Of a stretch of 64,000 bases of DNA, positions 1 to 8,695 are shown piece after piece. Source of the DNA: Minisyncoccota bacterium. Lineage in GTDB: Bacteria > Patescibacteriota > Minisyncoccia > Phycocordibacterales > PALSA-1337. The DNA lies in NCBI GenBank assembly GCA_041665325.1, contig JBAYJB010000001.1:233286-297285 (forward strand), given 5' to 3'. A model generated the notes under the pieces. It saw only the letters and a list, made by a program, of their open reading frames with translations, searched no databases and was not told where the DNA came from. Position 1 is the first letter of the stretch. Every line of letters starts with the position of its first letter. The position numbers and the translations under genes are program-made.

Positions 1-11
1 CTCAGCAAAAA

Positions 12-857
12 ATGAATATGACATTTTTCGGCAATTCCCGCTTCTCGGTCTTCATCCTCGAAGAGCTCCTCAAGGCCGGATTGAAGCCGGCCAGGATCGT
101 CACCACGCCGGACAAGCCCGAAGGGCGCAAACTGACTATGACACCAACCCCGGTCAAGGTCTGGGCGCAGAAAAACAACATCCCCATCTATGAGCCAGTC
201 AAACTAGACGCCTCATTCATCGAGCTCCTCAAGAAAGACGATTCCGACCTCTTTATCGTGGCCTCTTACGGCAAGATCATCCCTGAAGCGATCCTGGAGA
301 TGCCCAATCACAAGACCCTGAACGTCCATCCTTCCCTGCTCCCACTGTATCGCGGCCCATCACCCCTACCGTCATCTATGCTCGACGACGCCAAGGAGAC
401 CGGCGTGACCATCATGCGCATCGACAAGGAAGTGGACCACGGCCCCGTCCTGGCCCAGAAGAAAGTCGCCATAGCCGAATGGCCGACATACGAGGAGTTC
501 GAGGAGCGTATGGCCCGCGAGGGCGGCCAGCTATTGGCCGCGACGATCCCGGAATGGGTCGCCGGCAAGCTCAAGGAGCAGGAGCAAGATCACAGCAAGG
601 CGACATTCACGAAAAAAGTAAAGAAGGAGGATGGTCTGATCATCCTCGGCGCCGACAACTACATCAATTTCCGCAAGATCCAAGCCTATCACGAATGGCC
701 ACAGGCCTATTTCTTCCGGGAAAGCGGCGGTAGGAAATTCCGCGTCAAAGTGACAAAAGCATCATACAAGGACGGCAAGCTCGGGATCGAGAGCGTCATT
801 CCGGAAGGCGGCAAAGAGATGAGCTACGAGGATTTCCTTCACGGGTACAAAAAGTAG
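12..857 (+). CDS. fmt: methionyl-tRNA formyltransferase
   Basis: Translation has the Fmt N-terminal formyltransferase fold and the motif NVHPSLLPLYRGPSPL (HPSLLP...RG). Length 281 aa is typical of compact Fmt. Confidence 0.85.
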   Translation: MNMTFFGNSRFSVFILEELLKAGLKPARIVTTPDKPEGRKLTMTPTPVKVWAQKNNIPIYEPVKLDASFIELLKKDDSDLFIVASYGKIIPEAILEMPNHKTLNVHPSLLPLYRGPSPLPSSMLDDAKETGVTIMRIDKEVDHGPVLAQKKVAIAEWPTYEEFEERMAREGGQLLAATIPEWVAGKLKEQEQDHSKATFTKKVKKEDGLIILGADNYINFRKIQAYHEWPQAYFFRESGGRKFRVKVTKASYKDGKLGIESVIPEGGKEMSYEDFLHGYKK

Positions 858-858
858 A

Positions 859-1041
859 TCAGTTGCCGGCCGCCTGGATAACCTGGTTCCACTCGTATAT
901 GTAGTTATTGCCGAAGGCCTCGGTCTTCTGCACGAAATAATTGAGGACCACCCAGAAGCACATCACCGAGACGAGAGCGATGCACATCCATTGGTTGACC
1001 TGCTGACGGAGATCGAGTGAAAAGAAAGACCGTGGGGGCAT
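859..1041 (-). CDS. small hydrophobic protein (hypothetical)
   Basis: 60-aa ORF with one predicted TM helix, lying between convergent fmt and hpf. No homology recognised. Confidence 0.2.
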   Translation of the reverse strand: MPPRSFFSLDLRQQVNQWMCIALVSVMCFWVVLNYFVQKTEAFGNNYIYEWNQVIQAAGN

Positions 1042-1053
1042 GCTGTGGAGATA

Positions 1054-1455
1054 TTATTGCTTAGAACGCCTCTTGTACCATCCGTCCTCTCCCCACGGCA
1101 TGAGACCTTTGACTATAGCCTTGACGCGGGCGCCGCCACGTCTCACCGCTGACTGACGCTTGTCTTTGCGATTATTCAATTCGTGCAGGATCTCGGAGCG
1201 GACGCCGTCGATGGCCCGATAGAGGTCCTCGGCTTCGGACGAAGCGTACGCGTCGATGCCAGCGCCCAGGATGTGGATCTCAGCACGGAAGATCTCGCCT
1301 TTCTGGTGATGGTCCGATGTACGAGCCAGTTCGACATCGCACTGGATAGCCGGATTACTGCCGACTAGCTTGACGATCTTGCGGATGTGCTTATCAAGGT
1401 ATTCGGTGATGGCTGGAGTCAGAGTGATATTGGTAGCTTTGGTGCGGATATTCAT
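1054..1455 (-). CDS. hpf: ribosome hibernation promoting factor / RaiA (sigma-54 modulation protein family)
   Basis: 133 aa with YfiA/HPF-like sequence (ITLTPAITEYLDKHIRK...EIHILGAGIDAYASSEAEDLYRAIDGV). An extended -10 (TGCTATAAT) lies upstream on the minus strand near 1482-1490. Confidence 0.75.
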   Translation of the reverse strand: MNIRTKATNITLTPAITEYLDKHIRKIVKLVGSNPAIQCDVELARTSDHHQKGEIFRAEIHILGAGIDAYASSEAEDLYRAIDGVRSEILHELNNRKDKRQSAVRRGGARVKAIVKGLMPWGEDGWYKRRSKQ

Positions 1456-1631
1456 GTTTTTAATCGATTATTGATTGATATGGCTATTATAGCATCCCCT
1501 GAGATTCAAACCCAAGACCCACCCTTATTATTGTTAGATTTTTTGATTTTAGGTGCCTGCTGTGGTACATTTTCATCTGTCATAGTAAGACGTTCATCGG
1601 TGATATTTATTTCTCGATGAAATAAGCACAT

Positions 1632-1707
1632 TCCGGGATAGCTCAGCTGGTAGAGCGGCTCCCTGTTAAGGAGTTGGTCGCAGGTTCGAATCCTGCTCCC
1701 GGAGCCC
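1632..1707 (+). tRNA. tRNA-Asn (anticodon GTT)
   Basis: Hand-folded cloverleaf: acceptor TCCGGGA/TCCCGGA, D-arm GCTCAGCTGGTAGAGC, anticodon loop CTGTTAA, T-arm GCAGGTTCGAATCCTGC. CCA is not fully encoded. Confidence 0.8.
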
Positions 1708-1750
1708 ATTCTCTTAGTTAACCAAGAACGATTGTGGTACGATCCTTCAT

Positions 1751-1960
1751 ATGAATAAAGGTTTGATAGCATGCTCCATTCTCGCAATATTATTCGGGGC
1801 TTTTCTCATCGTATATGGTGGATACGATGACAGTCCCGGCGGACAATTGATCGGGCTCATCGCTGTTGTCGCAGGCATAGTGGGCGTGAAAAAGCCGAGA
1901 GTGAAGTCAACCATACCGATGAGTTCAACGGAAAAACCACGGAATAAAGATGATCGCTGA
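1751..1960 (+). CDS. small membrane protein (hypothetical)
   Basis: 69-aa ORF with two hydrophobic helices and no recognisable homology. Confidence 0.25.
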   Translation: MNKGLIACSILAILFGAFLIVYGGYDDSPGGQLIGLIAVVAGIVGVKKPRVKSTIPMSSTEKPRNKDDR

Positions 1961-2106
1961 GTCCCAGGGTATATGCGCAGCCACCGTCTTATAGGGCATT
2001 GATTTAAAATATAACTGTGGTATAATCTGCCTAGCGCTTTCAAAGTAATCCCATTTCAGGCATTTCCGCCGTGAATAGGGCTGAATAGCAAACAGAGGAC
2101 AGAACC

Positions 2107-2820
2107 ATGAAAAATACAACCGGTTGGTTGTTACTACGGGGTCCGATAGGACTCTTGATTGTATTGGTTTTCGGGCTGTGTCTGTGGACCTCGACGGTCC
2201 ACGCACAAAGTGTTGTGGCGGTCTCAAACATCGGCCAGCCGCACCTCACTGGGGTGTCGGTCGGCCTGAACGGTACAACCATCTTCAAGGAAGCGGTCAG
2301 CTTCACGACCGGCAGTACCGATCTCTCACTCGTCAATGTGACGATCGGCATCGACGGTGCCCTTTCGGGGGCCACGGGATTTACCCTCGGGCTTTACGGC
2401 TCATTCTCGGGCAGCGGTCCGGCAGACTTAGTGGATACGCTGGTCGGACCGACCGCGCCGACTGCGGCGGGTTATTATACCTACACACCGTCGGCACCCG
2501 TTGAATTCCAGCCAAACACGCAGTATGTGTTGGCGGCCTTTGCCGACACATCACCCGCTGTGTTCTTCGTCAAGATGACAGGATCGACGACGGAAGACGC
2601 CGGCGGATCTGCCGGATGGAGTATCGGCGACGATCACTGGGGTGGATCCCAGTTAGGTTGGGGAACCAATTCAGGAATCCTCCAGTTTTCGGTGACTTCG
2701 ACCACAGTCACAGCGGTCCCCGAACCGGCGACGTCTGCCACTTGGATCGGTCTGATCATCCTGGGCACGATGCTCTTCCGCCGACTCCGCAGCCGGCAGA
2801 CGCATTCCCAGCCAGCCTAG
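2107..2820 (+). CDS. secreted protein with C-terminal PEP-CTERM sorting signal
   Basis: N-terminal signal peptide (LIVLVFGLCLWTSTVHA). C-terminus VPEPATSATWIGLIILGTMLFRRLRSR is PEP + TM helix + Arg cluster, the classic PEP-CTERM/exosortase signal. A GAGGA Shine-Dalgarno precedes the ATG. Confidence 0.6.
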   Translation: MKNTTGWLLLRGPIGLLIVLVFGLCLWTSTVHAQSVVAVSNIGQPHLTGVSVGLNGTTIFKEAVSFTTGSTDLSLVNVTIGIDGALSGATGFTLGLYGSFSGSGPADLVDTLVGPTAPTAAGYYTYTPSAPVEFQPNTQYVLAAFADTSPAVFFVKMTGSTTEDAGGSAGWSIGDDHWGGSQLGWGTNSGILQFSVTSTTVTAVPEPATSATWIGLIILGTMLFRRLRSRQTHSQPA

Positions 2821-2919
2821 CCTCAGGCGGCTACTGGAAAGTTCTTCAAGGGCTCACACACGCTGTGAGCCCTTTTTTGTCGTCCTTTTTTCGCCCTCGA
2901 CGTCACTCCAGCTTTCCTG

Positions 2920-4923
2920 TTACAAAACGAGTGCGTAGTCCAGAGTCTTCTTGTCGAGATCAGCTGCCACTACCTTGTACTTGATGGGATCACCGAGCGT
3001 CCACTTCTTCTTGGACTTCTCGCCAGAGATCGAGTAAGTCTTCTCATTGAACACATAGTAGTCAGTGCCAAGCGCGCGCATGCCGATCATACCTTCCGAC
3101 TTGGTCTCCTTGTCCTCGACATACATGCCCCACTTGGTCACGCCGGAGATGATGCCCTCGAAGACCTGGCCGACACGGGACGACATGTATTCGACTTGCT
3201 TCAGCTTCTTGGACTCGCGCTCAGCGATGGCCGCGTCGATCTCGCGCCTTGTCGAGCTCTCGGCAATGGTCTGGAAGGCTACGACGTCGCGGTCGCCGAA
3301 AGGCTCGTTGTGGAGGTGCTTGGCAAGGACGCGGTGAACTAGAAGATCTGGATAACGACGGATCGGCGAAGTGAAGTGTGTATAGAAATCGAAAGCCAAG
3401 CCGAAGTGCCCGACATTGCGCGTGGAGTAGATTGCCTTCTGCATGGACCTGATGGTAGCTGTGCGGATGAGCGACTCGTGCGGCGTATCCTCGATCTGAT
3501 CAAGCAAGTGGTTCAAGTCACGCGCGGTGACATGGCCATCCTTACCGGTGCGCAGCTCATAGCCGAGCGCCTTGACGAATACGGCCAGATTCTTGATCTT
3601 GTCCTTGTCCGGCACATCGTGGATGCGATAGATGGCGCCGGTATCGCGCGTCCCCTTCTTCTTGATCTGATCGAAGATGTACTTGGCCACTTCGCGGTTG
3701 GCCAGGAGCATGTATTCTTCGACCAACTTATGGGTGTCGAGGCGCTCGTAGACGAATACACCAACCGGCTTGCCCGTCTCGTCGAGGCGGAACTTGATCT
3801 CTTCCTGCTCGAACTCGATGGCTCCCTTGGAGAACTTCTCCTTCTTGAGGACTTTGGCGATGCGGTTCAGAGTGACGAGGTGCTCGCGATGCTTCATGCC
3901 GGCTTCGGCCGAGGCCGCCGTCTGGATGCCCTTGGAATACTTCACGGCCCCTTCGGCCACGCCATCGATGGCCGCTTGGGCGGTCTCGTAAGTGAAGCGG
4001 TGGGTGCTATTCATGACTGTCCGGCCGAACCAACGCTCGTGGATATGCGCCTTGTCGTCCATGACGAAGATGGCCGAGAATGAGAGCTTGTCCTCGTGCG
4101 GGTTGAGCGAACAGACATCGTTGGAGAGCACCTCCGGCAACATGGGAATGGTCCGGTCGACGAGATACACAGAACAACCGCGCTTGACGGCCTCCTTGTC
4201 GAGGGCGCCGCCCTCGCGGACATAGTGGGAGACATCGGCGATGTGGACGCCGATCTCGTAGCGTCCGTCAGGCAAGGCCTTGAATGAGATGGCGTCATCA
4301 AAATCTTTGGCATCGAAAGGGTCGATGGTAAAGGTCAGAGTCTCTCGCATGTCGCGACGCTTGGCGAGCTCTTCGGCCGGGATCTGCTTCTCTGTCTCTC
4401 CGATCGTCGCGGCTTCTTTCTCGACAGCTTCCGGAAAGCCAACGGCAAATCCCCTCTCGAGCACGATCGATTCCATCTCTACATCATTGACGCCCTTCTG
4501 GCCGAGGATCTTGATGACCTTGCCTGTCGGCAATTTCTTGGGATCAATCCAAGGCAACATCTGTACATAGACTTTCTGATCCTTCTCGATCCCGCCAGCC
4601 GGCAATACGGGAATCAGGATGTTCGCATACATCTTCTTGTCATCCGGTACGATCGAGTAGACACCGCCGTTCACGTCTACGATGCCGACGAAGTTCTCCT
4701 TGGCACGGCTAACGATCTCGATCACTTTGCCGACCCTGGTCTTCACACCACGGATATTCTTCTCGCTCAAGGCCACCTTGACGGTATCGCCATTCAAGGC
4801 CGTATTGAGATTGCCCTCTTCGATGTATATAGAGTCCTTCTTAGGATCGACATCATCTATATAGCCCGCCCCTTTGCGAGTGGTTGAGATGACGCCTGTG
4901 ATAGTATCATTTCCTGTTTTCAT
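2920..4923 (-). CDS. rnr: ribonuclease R (RNB-family 3'-5' exoribonuclease with C-terminal S1 domain)
   Basis: 667 aa with N-terminal cold-shock-like region, central RNB catalytic domain and C-terminal S1 domain (VGQVFEGIISGVTKWGMYVE). Confidence 0.9.
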   Translation of the reverse strand: MKTGNDTITGVISTTRKGAGYIDDVDPKKDSIYIEEGNLNTALNGDTVKVALSEKNIRGVKTRVGKVIEIVSRAKENFVGIVDVNGGVYSIVPDDKKMYANILIPVLPAGGIEKDQKVYVQMLPWIDPKKLPTGKVIKILGQKGVNDVEMESIVLERGFAVGFPEAVEKEAATIGETEKQIPAEELAKRRDMRETLTFTIDPFDAKDFDDAISFKALPDGRYEIGVHIADVSHYVREGGALDKEAVKRGCSVYLVDRTIPMLPEVLSNDVCSLNPHEDKLSFSAIFVMDDKAHIHERWFGRTVMNSTHRFTYETAQAAIDGVAEGAVKYSKGIQTAASAEAGMKHREHLVTLNRIAKVLKKEKFSKGAIEFEQEEIKFRLDETGKPVGVFVYERLDTHKLVEEYMLLANREVAKYIFDQIKKKGTRDTGAIYRIHDVPDKDKIKNLAVFVKALGYELRTGKDGHVTARDLNHLLDQIEDTPHESLIRTATIRSMQKAIYSTRNVGHFGLAFDFYTHFTSPIRRYPDLLVHRVLAKHLHNEPFGDRDVVAFQTIAESSTRREIDAAIAERESKKLKQVEYMSSRVGQVFEGIISGVTKWGMYVEDKETKSEGMIGMRALGTDYYVFNEKTYSISGEKSKKKWTLGDPIKYKVVAADLDKKTLDYALVL

Positions 4924-5015
4924 CGGGGGACTATATCATTACCTGACGAAGTTATCCACATCAGATATTTGTAAATATGGCCAAAATGCTTGACAATTGA
5001 AGATGTAGCGGAGTT

Positions 5016-5363
5016 TTGCCCCAAAAAATAATGGATAAAAAACCTTTGAATGTAACAGAGATCGTGTGGATACTCGTCGTGAGCATCCTCGTGCTCGGCG
5101 GGATCGCTTACTATCTGGCCTTCTATCAGCCCGGGATAGAACCGGGGCCAGATGTGCCTGCGGTACAGACGCCGACTTCGACTCTGCAGATCGGTGGCGA
5201 TACCCTCTTGGATGCGTTGAAGTCACAGACCAATATAAATACCACTACGATAGTCACGCCGGAACAGAACAACACCCTCAATGCCCTGAAATCGACGACC
5301 ACCCAGCCCCAGAATAGGACCGTCAACAATAGTTTGCTCGATTCCTTAAAAGCTAATAAATAA
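5016..5363 (+). CDS. membrane-anchored Thr/Asn-rich hypothetical protein
   Basis: 115 aa with an N-terminal TM anchor followed by a low-complexity T/N/Q-rich segment. First gene of a co-directional group of secreted proteins. Confidence 0.4.
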   Translation: MPQKIMDKKPLNVTEIVWILVVSILVLGGIAYYLAFYQPGIEPGPDVPAVQTPTSTLQIGGDTLLDALKSQTNINTTTIVTPEQNNTLNALKSTTTQPQNRTVNNSLLDSLKANK

Positions 5364-5365
5364 AT

Positions 5366-6196
5366 ATGCATAAAAATATAAAATACTCGGTGATCGTCGG
5401 TGGCGTAGCTCTCTTGGCCGGTCCGATCATGGCCCTAGCCCAATGGACGCCGGCTCCGGCCAACCCTCCAGCTAGTAATGTCGCCGCCCCGATCAACGTC
5501 GGTGCCAGCAACCAGATCAAGAGCGGCGGTTTAGAGGTAGCGTCTTTCATATCTGACGGCGGGGCTGTGATCATGGGCAACACCGGGATCGGTACTGCGG
5601 CACCAAACAGAAGGCTGCATGTAACGGGTGGGGACGTAAGACTACAAAGTTCCAGTCTGTATTTTAATGACTCGAGAGATACTTGGGGAGTAAGGCAAGT
5701 CATGCAAGATTACGGAAATGGTATGGGTCTTAATATAGATACCTCTGACGGTGCTGGTGTTTATGCAAATGCCATGGTTATAAGACACAGCAACGGATCG
5801 CGCAACGTCGGCATCGGCGTGACCGCTCCCGGATACAAGCTTCAGGTCGGCGCGGCCGGCGACGGCACATCTGTGGGAGCTAACGCTTATTTCTATATCT
5901 CCGATCGGTCCCTCAAGACCGACATCAAGCCCTTAACTGGCGCTCTCGACAGCATACTGAAGCTCCAGGGCGTATCCTTCGACTGGAAGTCGACCGGTGA
6001 GCCGAGTGTAGGTTTGGTCGCTCAAGATGTCGAGATGGTCTACCCCGAGCTCGTCAATACAAATAGTGTTACTGGTTTGAAATCAGTGCAGTACGGCAAC
6101 TTGGTAGCTCCGCTCATCGAAGCCGTCAAAGAACAACAGAAGGAAATCGAGGCTCTGAGGGCTGAGGTAGAATCGTTGAAGCAAGTAGTCAAATAA
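5366..6196 (+). CDS. secreted tail-fibre-domain protein with C-terminal intramolecular chaperone (peptidase S74-like) domain
   Basis: Signal peptide (LAGPIMALA). C-terminal ~110 aa (SDRSLKTDIKPLTGALDSILKLQGVSFDWKS...VGLVAQDVEMVYPELV...LVAPLIEAVKEQQKEIEALRAEVESLK) matches the auto-cleaving chaperone domain of phage tail-spike/endosialidase and T5 L-shaped tail fibre proteins. Confidence 0.6.
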   Translation: MHKNIKYSVIVGGVALLAGPIMALAQWTPAPANPPASNVAAPINVGASNQIKSGGLEVASFISDGGAVIMGNTGIGTAAPNRRLHVTGGDVRLQSSSLYFNDSRDTWGVRQVMQDYGNGMGLNIDTSDGAGVYANAMVIRHSNGSRNVGIGVTAPGYKLQVGAAGDGTSVGANAYFYISDRSLKTDIKPLTGALDSILKLQGVSFDWKSTGEPSVGLVAQDVEMVYPELVNTNSVTGLKSVQYGNLVAPLIEAVKEQQKEIEALRAEVESLKQVVK

Positions 6197-6198
6197 AC

Positions 6199-7233
6199 AT
6201 GAAATCTCCATTCAAGACAGATCTGAAGCGCCTAGTCATATTTACCATCATCCTGATCCTGGTGGCTGGAGTCACACAGGCGGCAAATATGTATCAGGTA
6301 AGCAACCTCGCCACTTCACAGATCAATGAGTGGGGCGTCTGCGGCAATATCAACAACCAGACCGGTAAGGCGCTTTTTGTACCCACTGGATCTTCTGCGG
6401 AGTGGCTAGCCTTCAGGAATCACCTACCTCCCAATGTGACAAATACGTCATGTGTGGTTTGCGACCCTGGTACGGGCAATGCATGCAACAGTTCGCCAAA
6501 CTCCTGCGGTCAGACCGGAGCCGGGACTATCCAGTGCGACGGCAGCTGTTCCGCCAGCGTACCGAGCGATCCGGCCGGATATGGCAACATGTGCAACAGT
6601 TCGCCAAACTCCTGCGGTCAGACCAACATCGGCTCGATCGATTGTAGCGGCAACTGTTCGGCTTCGACGCCTAGCGATCCGGCTGGATATGGCAATATGT
6701 GCAACAGTTCGCCAAACTCCTGCGGTCAGACCAACATCGGCTCGATCGATTGTAGCGGCAACTGTTCGGCAACAATACCACCTGACAGTTCTTGCCCACC
6801 AACTTTAACTTGTGTCGTTGGCACATCAGAACCAGCAAATGTTCTAGGCATACAATACTATCAAGGCCAAGGGACTCGCGTACAAGCCAACCAATCATCT
6901 GCCGACTTCGCTTGTCAACAGATGGGTTACATGAACGCTACAAGCTACACAACTCAAGGATGGTCAAGTTGCGGCGATAACTGGTACGCATACGCAAACG
7001 GTGGCACATGGGGGCATGTGAGTGGTTGCGACCCGAGTTCGGGTATCAATTATATCAATTGTTACGGAGAGGGTTCGGTGTGTCAAAATGTGTGCGGCAA
7101 TAACGTAGTCGATCCTGGAGAAAGCTGTGACGGCAACGATTCAGAGGATTACACTTATTGCGGCGACCCAACCTGGACTTGCAGTTCAAACTGTACCAAG
7201 AAATATGCCATCGTCGGAGGTGAATGCAACTAA
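6199..7233 (+). CDS. secreted cysteine-rich protein with three tandem ~36-aa repeats
   Basis: Signal peptide. Repeats CNSSPNSCGQT(G/N)xG(T/S)I(Q/D)C(D/S)G(S/N)CSAS(V/T)PSDPAGYGNM occur three times. There are more than 30 Cys overall and the C-terminal domain is also Cys-rich. Confidence 0.55.
   Translation: MKSPFKTDLKRLVIFTIILILVAGVTQAANMYQVSNLATSQINEWGVCGNINNQTGKALFVPTGSSAEWLAFRNHLPPNVTNTSCVVCDPGTGNACNSSPNSCGQTGAGTIQCDGSCSASVPSDPAGYGNMCNSSPNSCGQTNIGSIDCSGNCSASTPSDPAGYGNMCNSSPNSCGQTNIGSIDCSGNCSATIPPDSSCPPTLTCVVGTSEPANVLGIQYYQGQGTRVQANQSSADFACQQMGYMNATSYTTQGWSSCGDNWYAYANGGTWGHVSGCDPSSGINYINCYGEGSVCQNVCGNNVVDPGESCDGNDSEDYTYCGDPTWTCSSNCTKKYAIVGGECN
6484..6790 (+). repeat. tandem direct repeat, 108-bp unit, about 2.8 copies (in-frame within the Cys-rich CDS)
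   Basis: TGCAACAGTTCGCCAAACTCCTGCGGTCAGACC recurs at 6484, 6592 and 6700. Copies 2 and 3 are nearly identical over about 70 nt. Confidence 0.8.
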
Positions 7234-7289
7234 TCCACACCCTCTATAGTTTGTAGCTATTCTATCTATCTGATAGGATTAGTCCAATT

Positions 7290-8027
7290 ATGCATCAACA
7301 AAACAAAGAATTTGTGTCCCAATTATTCACGCCGGTAGCGATCATCGTTGGCTCGATCATCATCGCCTGGGCCATAGCCTCCGGCCCTTCAGCCGGTTCG
7401 ATCAATCCGACCGCAGCTGTAGCCCTCGGCAATACCAACAACAACCCGGCACCGACCGTAGCCGTAGATTCGGCCAAAGTCAGCACGGCTGGCAACCCGG
7501 TGGTCGGCAATCCCAATGCCAAGCTCACGATCGCCTATTGGTTCGACTACCAGTGCCCCTTCTGCAAGAAGAGCGAACAGACGATCATATCAGTGCTGAT
7601 GAAGGACTATGTCGATACCGGCAAAGTCAGGATCGTCTTCAAGGATTTGCAATTCCTTGGTACCGACTCGACCAAACTCGGAACTATCGGCCGAGCCGTA
7701 TGGGAAGCTACCCCGGACAAATATTACGCTTGGCATAAGGCTATGTTCGAGAACCAAGGACAGGAAAACTCCGGCTGGGCCACTGACGCGTATGTGCTCT
7801 CGATATCGACAAGCGTGCTCGGTGCTTCCGACGCCGCCCGAGTCATGGATCTAGCCAAACAGAAGTCTGAAAGCTACAAGAAGCTCCTCGACGCTGACAA
7901 GGCCGAGGGCGCCGCTATCGGCGTAAGGAGCACTCCGAACATGGTCATCGGCAAGACCCTCGTGACCGGCGCTCAACCGTACGAGCAAGTCAAGACTGCC
8001 GTCGACAAGGCCTTGAACTCAAAATAG
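7290..8027 (+). CDS. DsbA-like thioredoxin-fold thiol:disulfide oxidoreductase
   Basis: N-terminal TM anchor and CPFC active-site motif (YWFDYQCPFCKK), typical DsbA/thioredoxin family. Confidence 0.75.
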   Translation: MHQQNKEFVSQLFTPVAIIVGSIIIAWAIASGPSAGSINPTAAVALGNTNNNPAPTVAVDSAKVSTAGNPVVGNPNAKLTIAYWFDYQCPFCKKSEQTIISVLMKDYVDTGKVRIVFKDLQFLGTDSTKLGTIGRAVWEATPDKYYAWHKAMFENQGQENSGWATDAYVLSISTSVLGASDAARVMDLAKQKSESYKKLLDADKAEGAAIGVRSTPNMVIGKTLVTGAQPYEQVKTAVDKALNSK

Positions 8028-8099
8028 AAGCAGTGACCTACCGGCCGGGGCCCTCCTCATAAGGGGATAGTAAGGTCTGATTCATTTTTCTATATTCTG

Positions 8100-8184
8100 T
8101 GCCGAGAGTGGGGGTCGAACCCACAGGAGCTTTTGGCTCACAACATTTTAAGTGTTGCGTGTTTACCAGTTTCACCATCTCGGC
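8100..8184 (-). tRNA. tRNA-Leu (anticodon TAA), type II with long variable arm
   Basis: Reverse complement folds as acceptor GCCGAGA/TCTCGGC, anticodon stem CAACA/TGTTG with loop CTTAAAA, variable arm TGAGCCAAAAGCTCC and T-arm GTGGGTTCGACCCCCAC. No intron is present. Confidence 0.8.
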
Positions 8185-8656
8185 ATTTCTTAATATTCCT
8201 ACCCCGATGGGTTGGGCGCAAGCTATGACAATTAGGGCATAATATCCTCAAATTTTCAAGTCTGTTATCATAGCGATTGCCATTGATATGATCGAGTTCG
8301 AGAGGTAGTCTCCCATCTGGCGACATGGTTGCCCAACCACAATATTCACAGCGCCTTGGTTTTAAGCCCTCCTTGAACAATCTCATCTTCAGCTTGTAAC
8401 TCTGAAAATCACTGTTTTCGACCAAGATTTTTTCAGTAGAAATAATTGGCTTACCGATACCCTTCAGACCCTTATTCCAGCAGCTCCCCGTAAAATGGGT
8501 GATATCTACATCAAATTCTTTCAGATATTTTCTCAGCTGAGCATAATTACCACCTGCTTCCCTTAGACCAAGAATACCTAACATCTGCCGCTTACTTTTT
8601 GAAGCAGCTGCGGCTCTTTTAAGACTACTGTCTGTCCATGTTCTTTTTCTCATCAA
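8138..8656 (-). CDS. HNH homing-endonuclease-like protein
   Basis: 172 aa with an HNH motif (CEYCGW...LELDHINGNRYDNRLENLRILCPNCHS). The last ~15 codons run into the 5' 47 nt of tRNA-Leu on the same strand. Confidence 0.7.
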   Translation of the reverse strand: MMRKRTWTDSSLKRAAAASKSKRQMLGILGLREAGGNYAQLRKYLKEFDVDITHFTGSCWNKGLKGIGKPIISTEKILVENSDFQSYKLKMRLFKEGLKPRRCEYCGWATMSPDGRLPLELDHINGNRYDNRLENLRILCPNCHSLRPTHRGRNIKKCRDGETGKHATLKML

Positions 8657-8695
8657 ACTAATTATACCTGCTCAGTCAGCTTTGTCACGACAAAG

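Noticed and set aside
3376-4083. Long antisense or alternative-frame ORFs inside rnr, dnaE, lepA, the ATPase gene, groEL and others (for example 3376-4083, 10608-11312, 27267-28058, 38742-39581, 39669-40535, 50078-50698, 55965-56540)
   Set aside because: They lie wholly inside strongly supported conserved genes on the opposite strand or in another frame. Their translations are Arg/Ala/Gly-rich, typical of GC-rich antisense. They are treated as spurious.
8100-8656. Group I intron in tRNA-Leu(UAA) carrying the HNH endonuclease
   Set aside because: The tRNA-Leu anticodon stem-loop (CAACA-CTTAAAA-TGTTG) is uninterrupted. The endonuclease lies upstream of the tRNA and overlaps it, not inside it.
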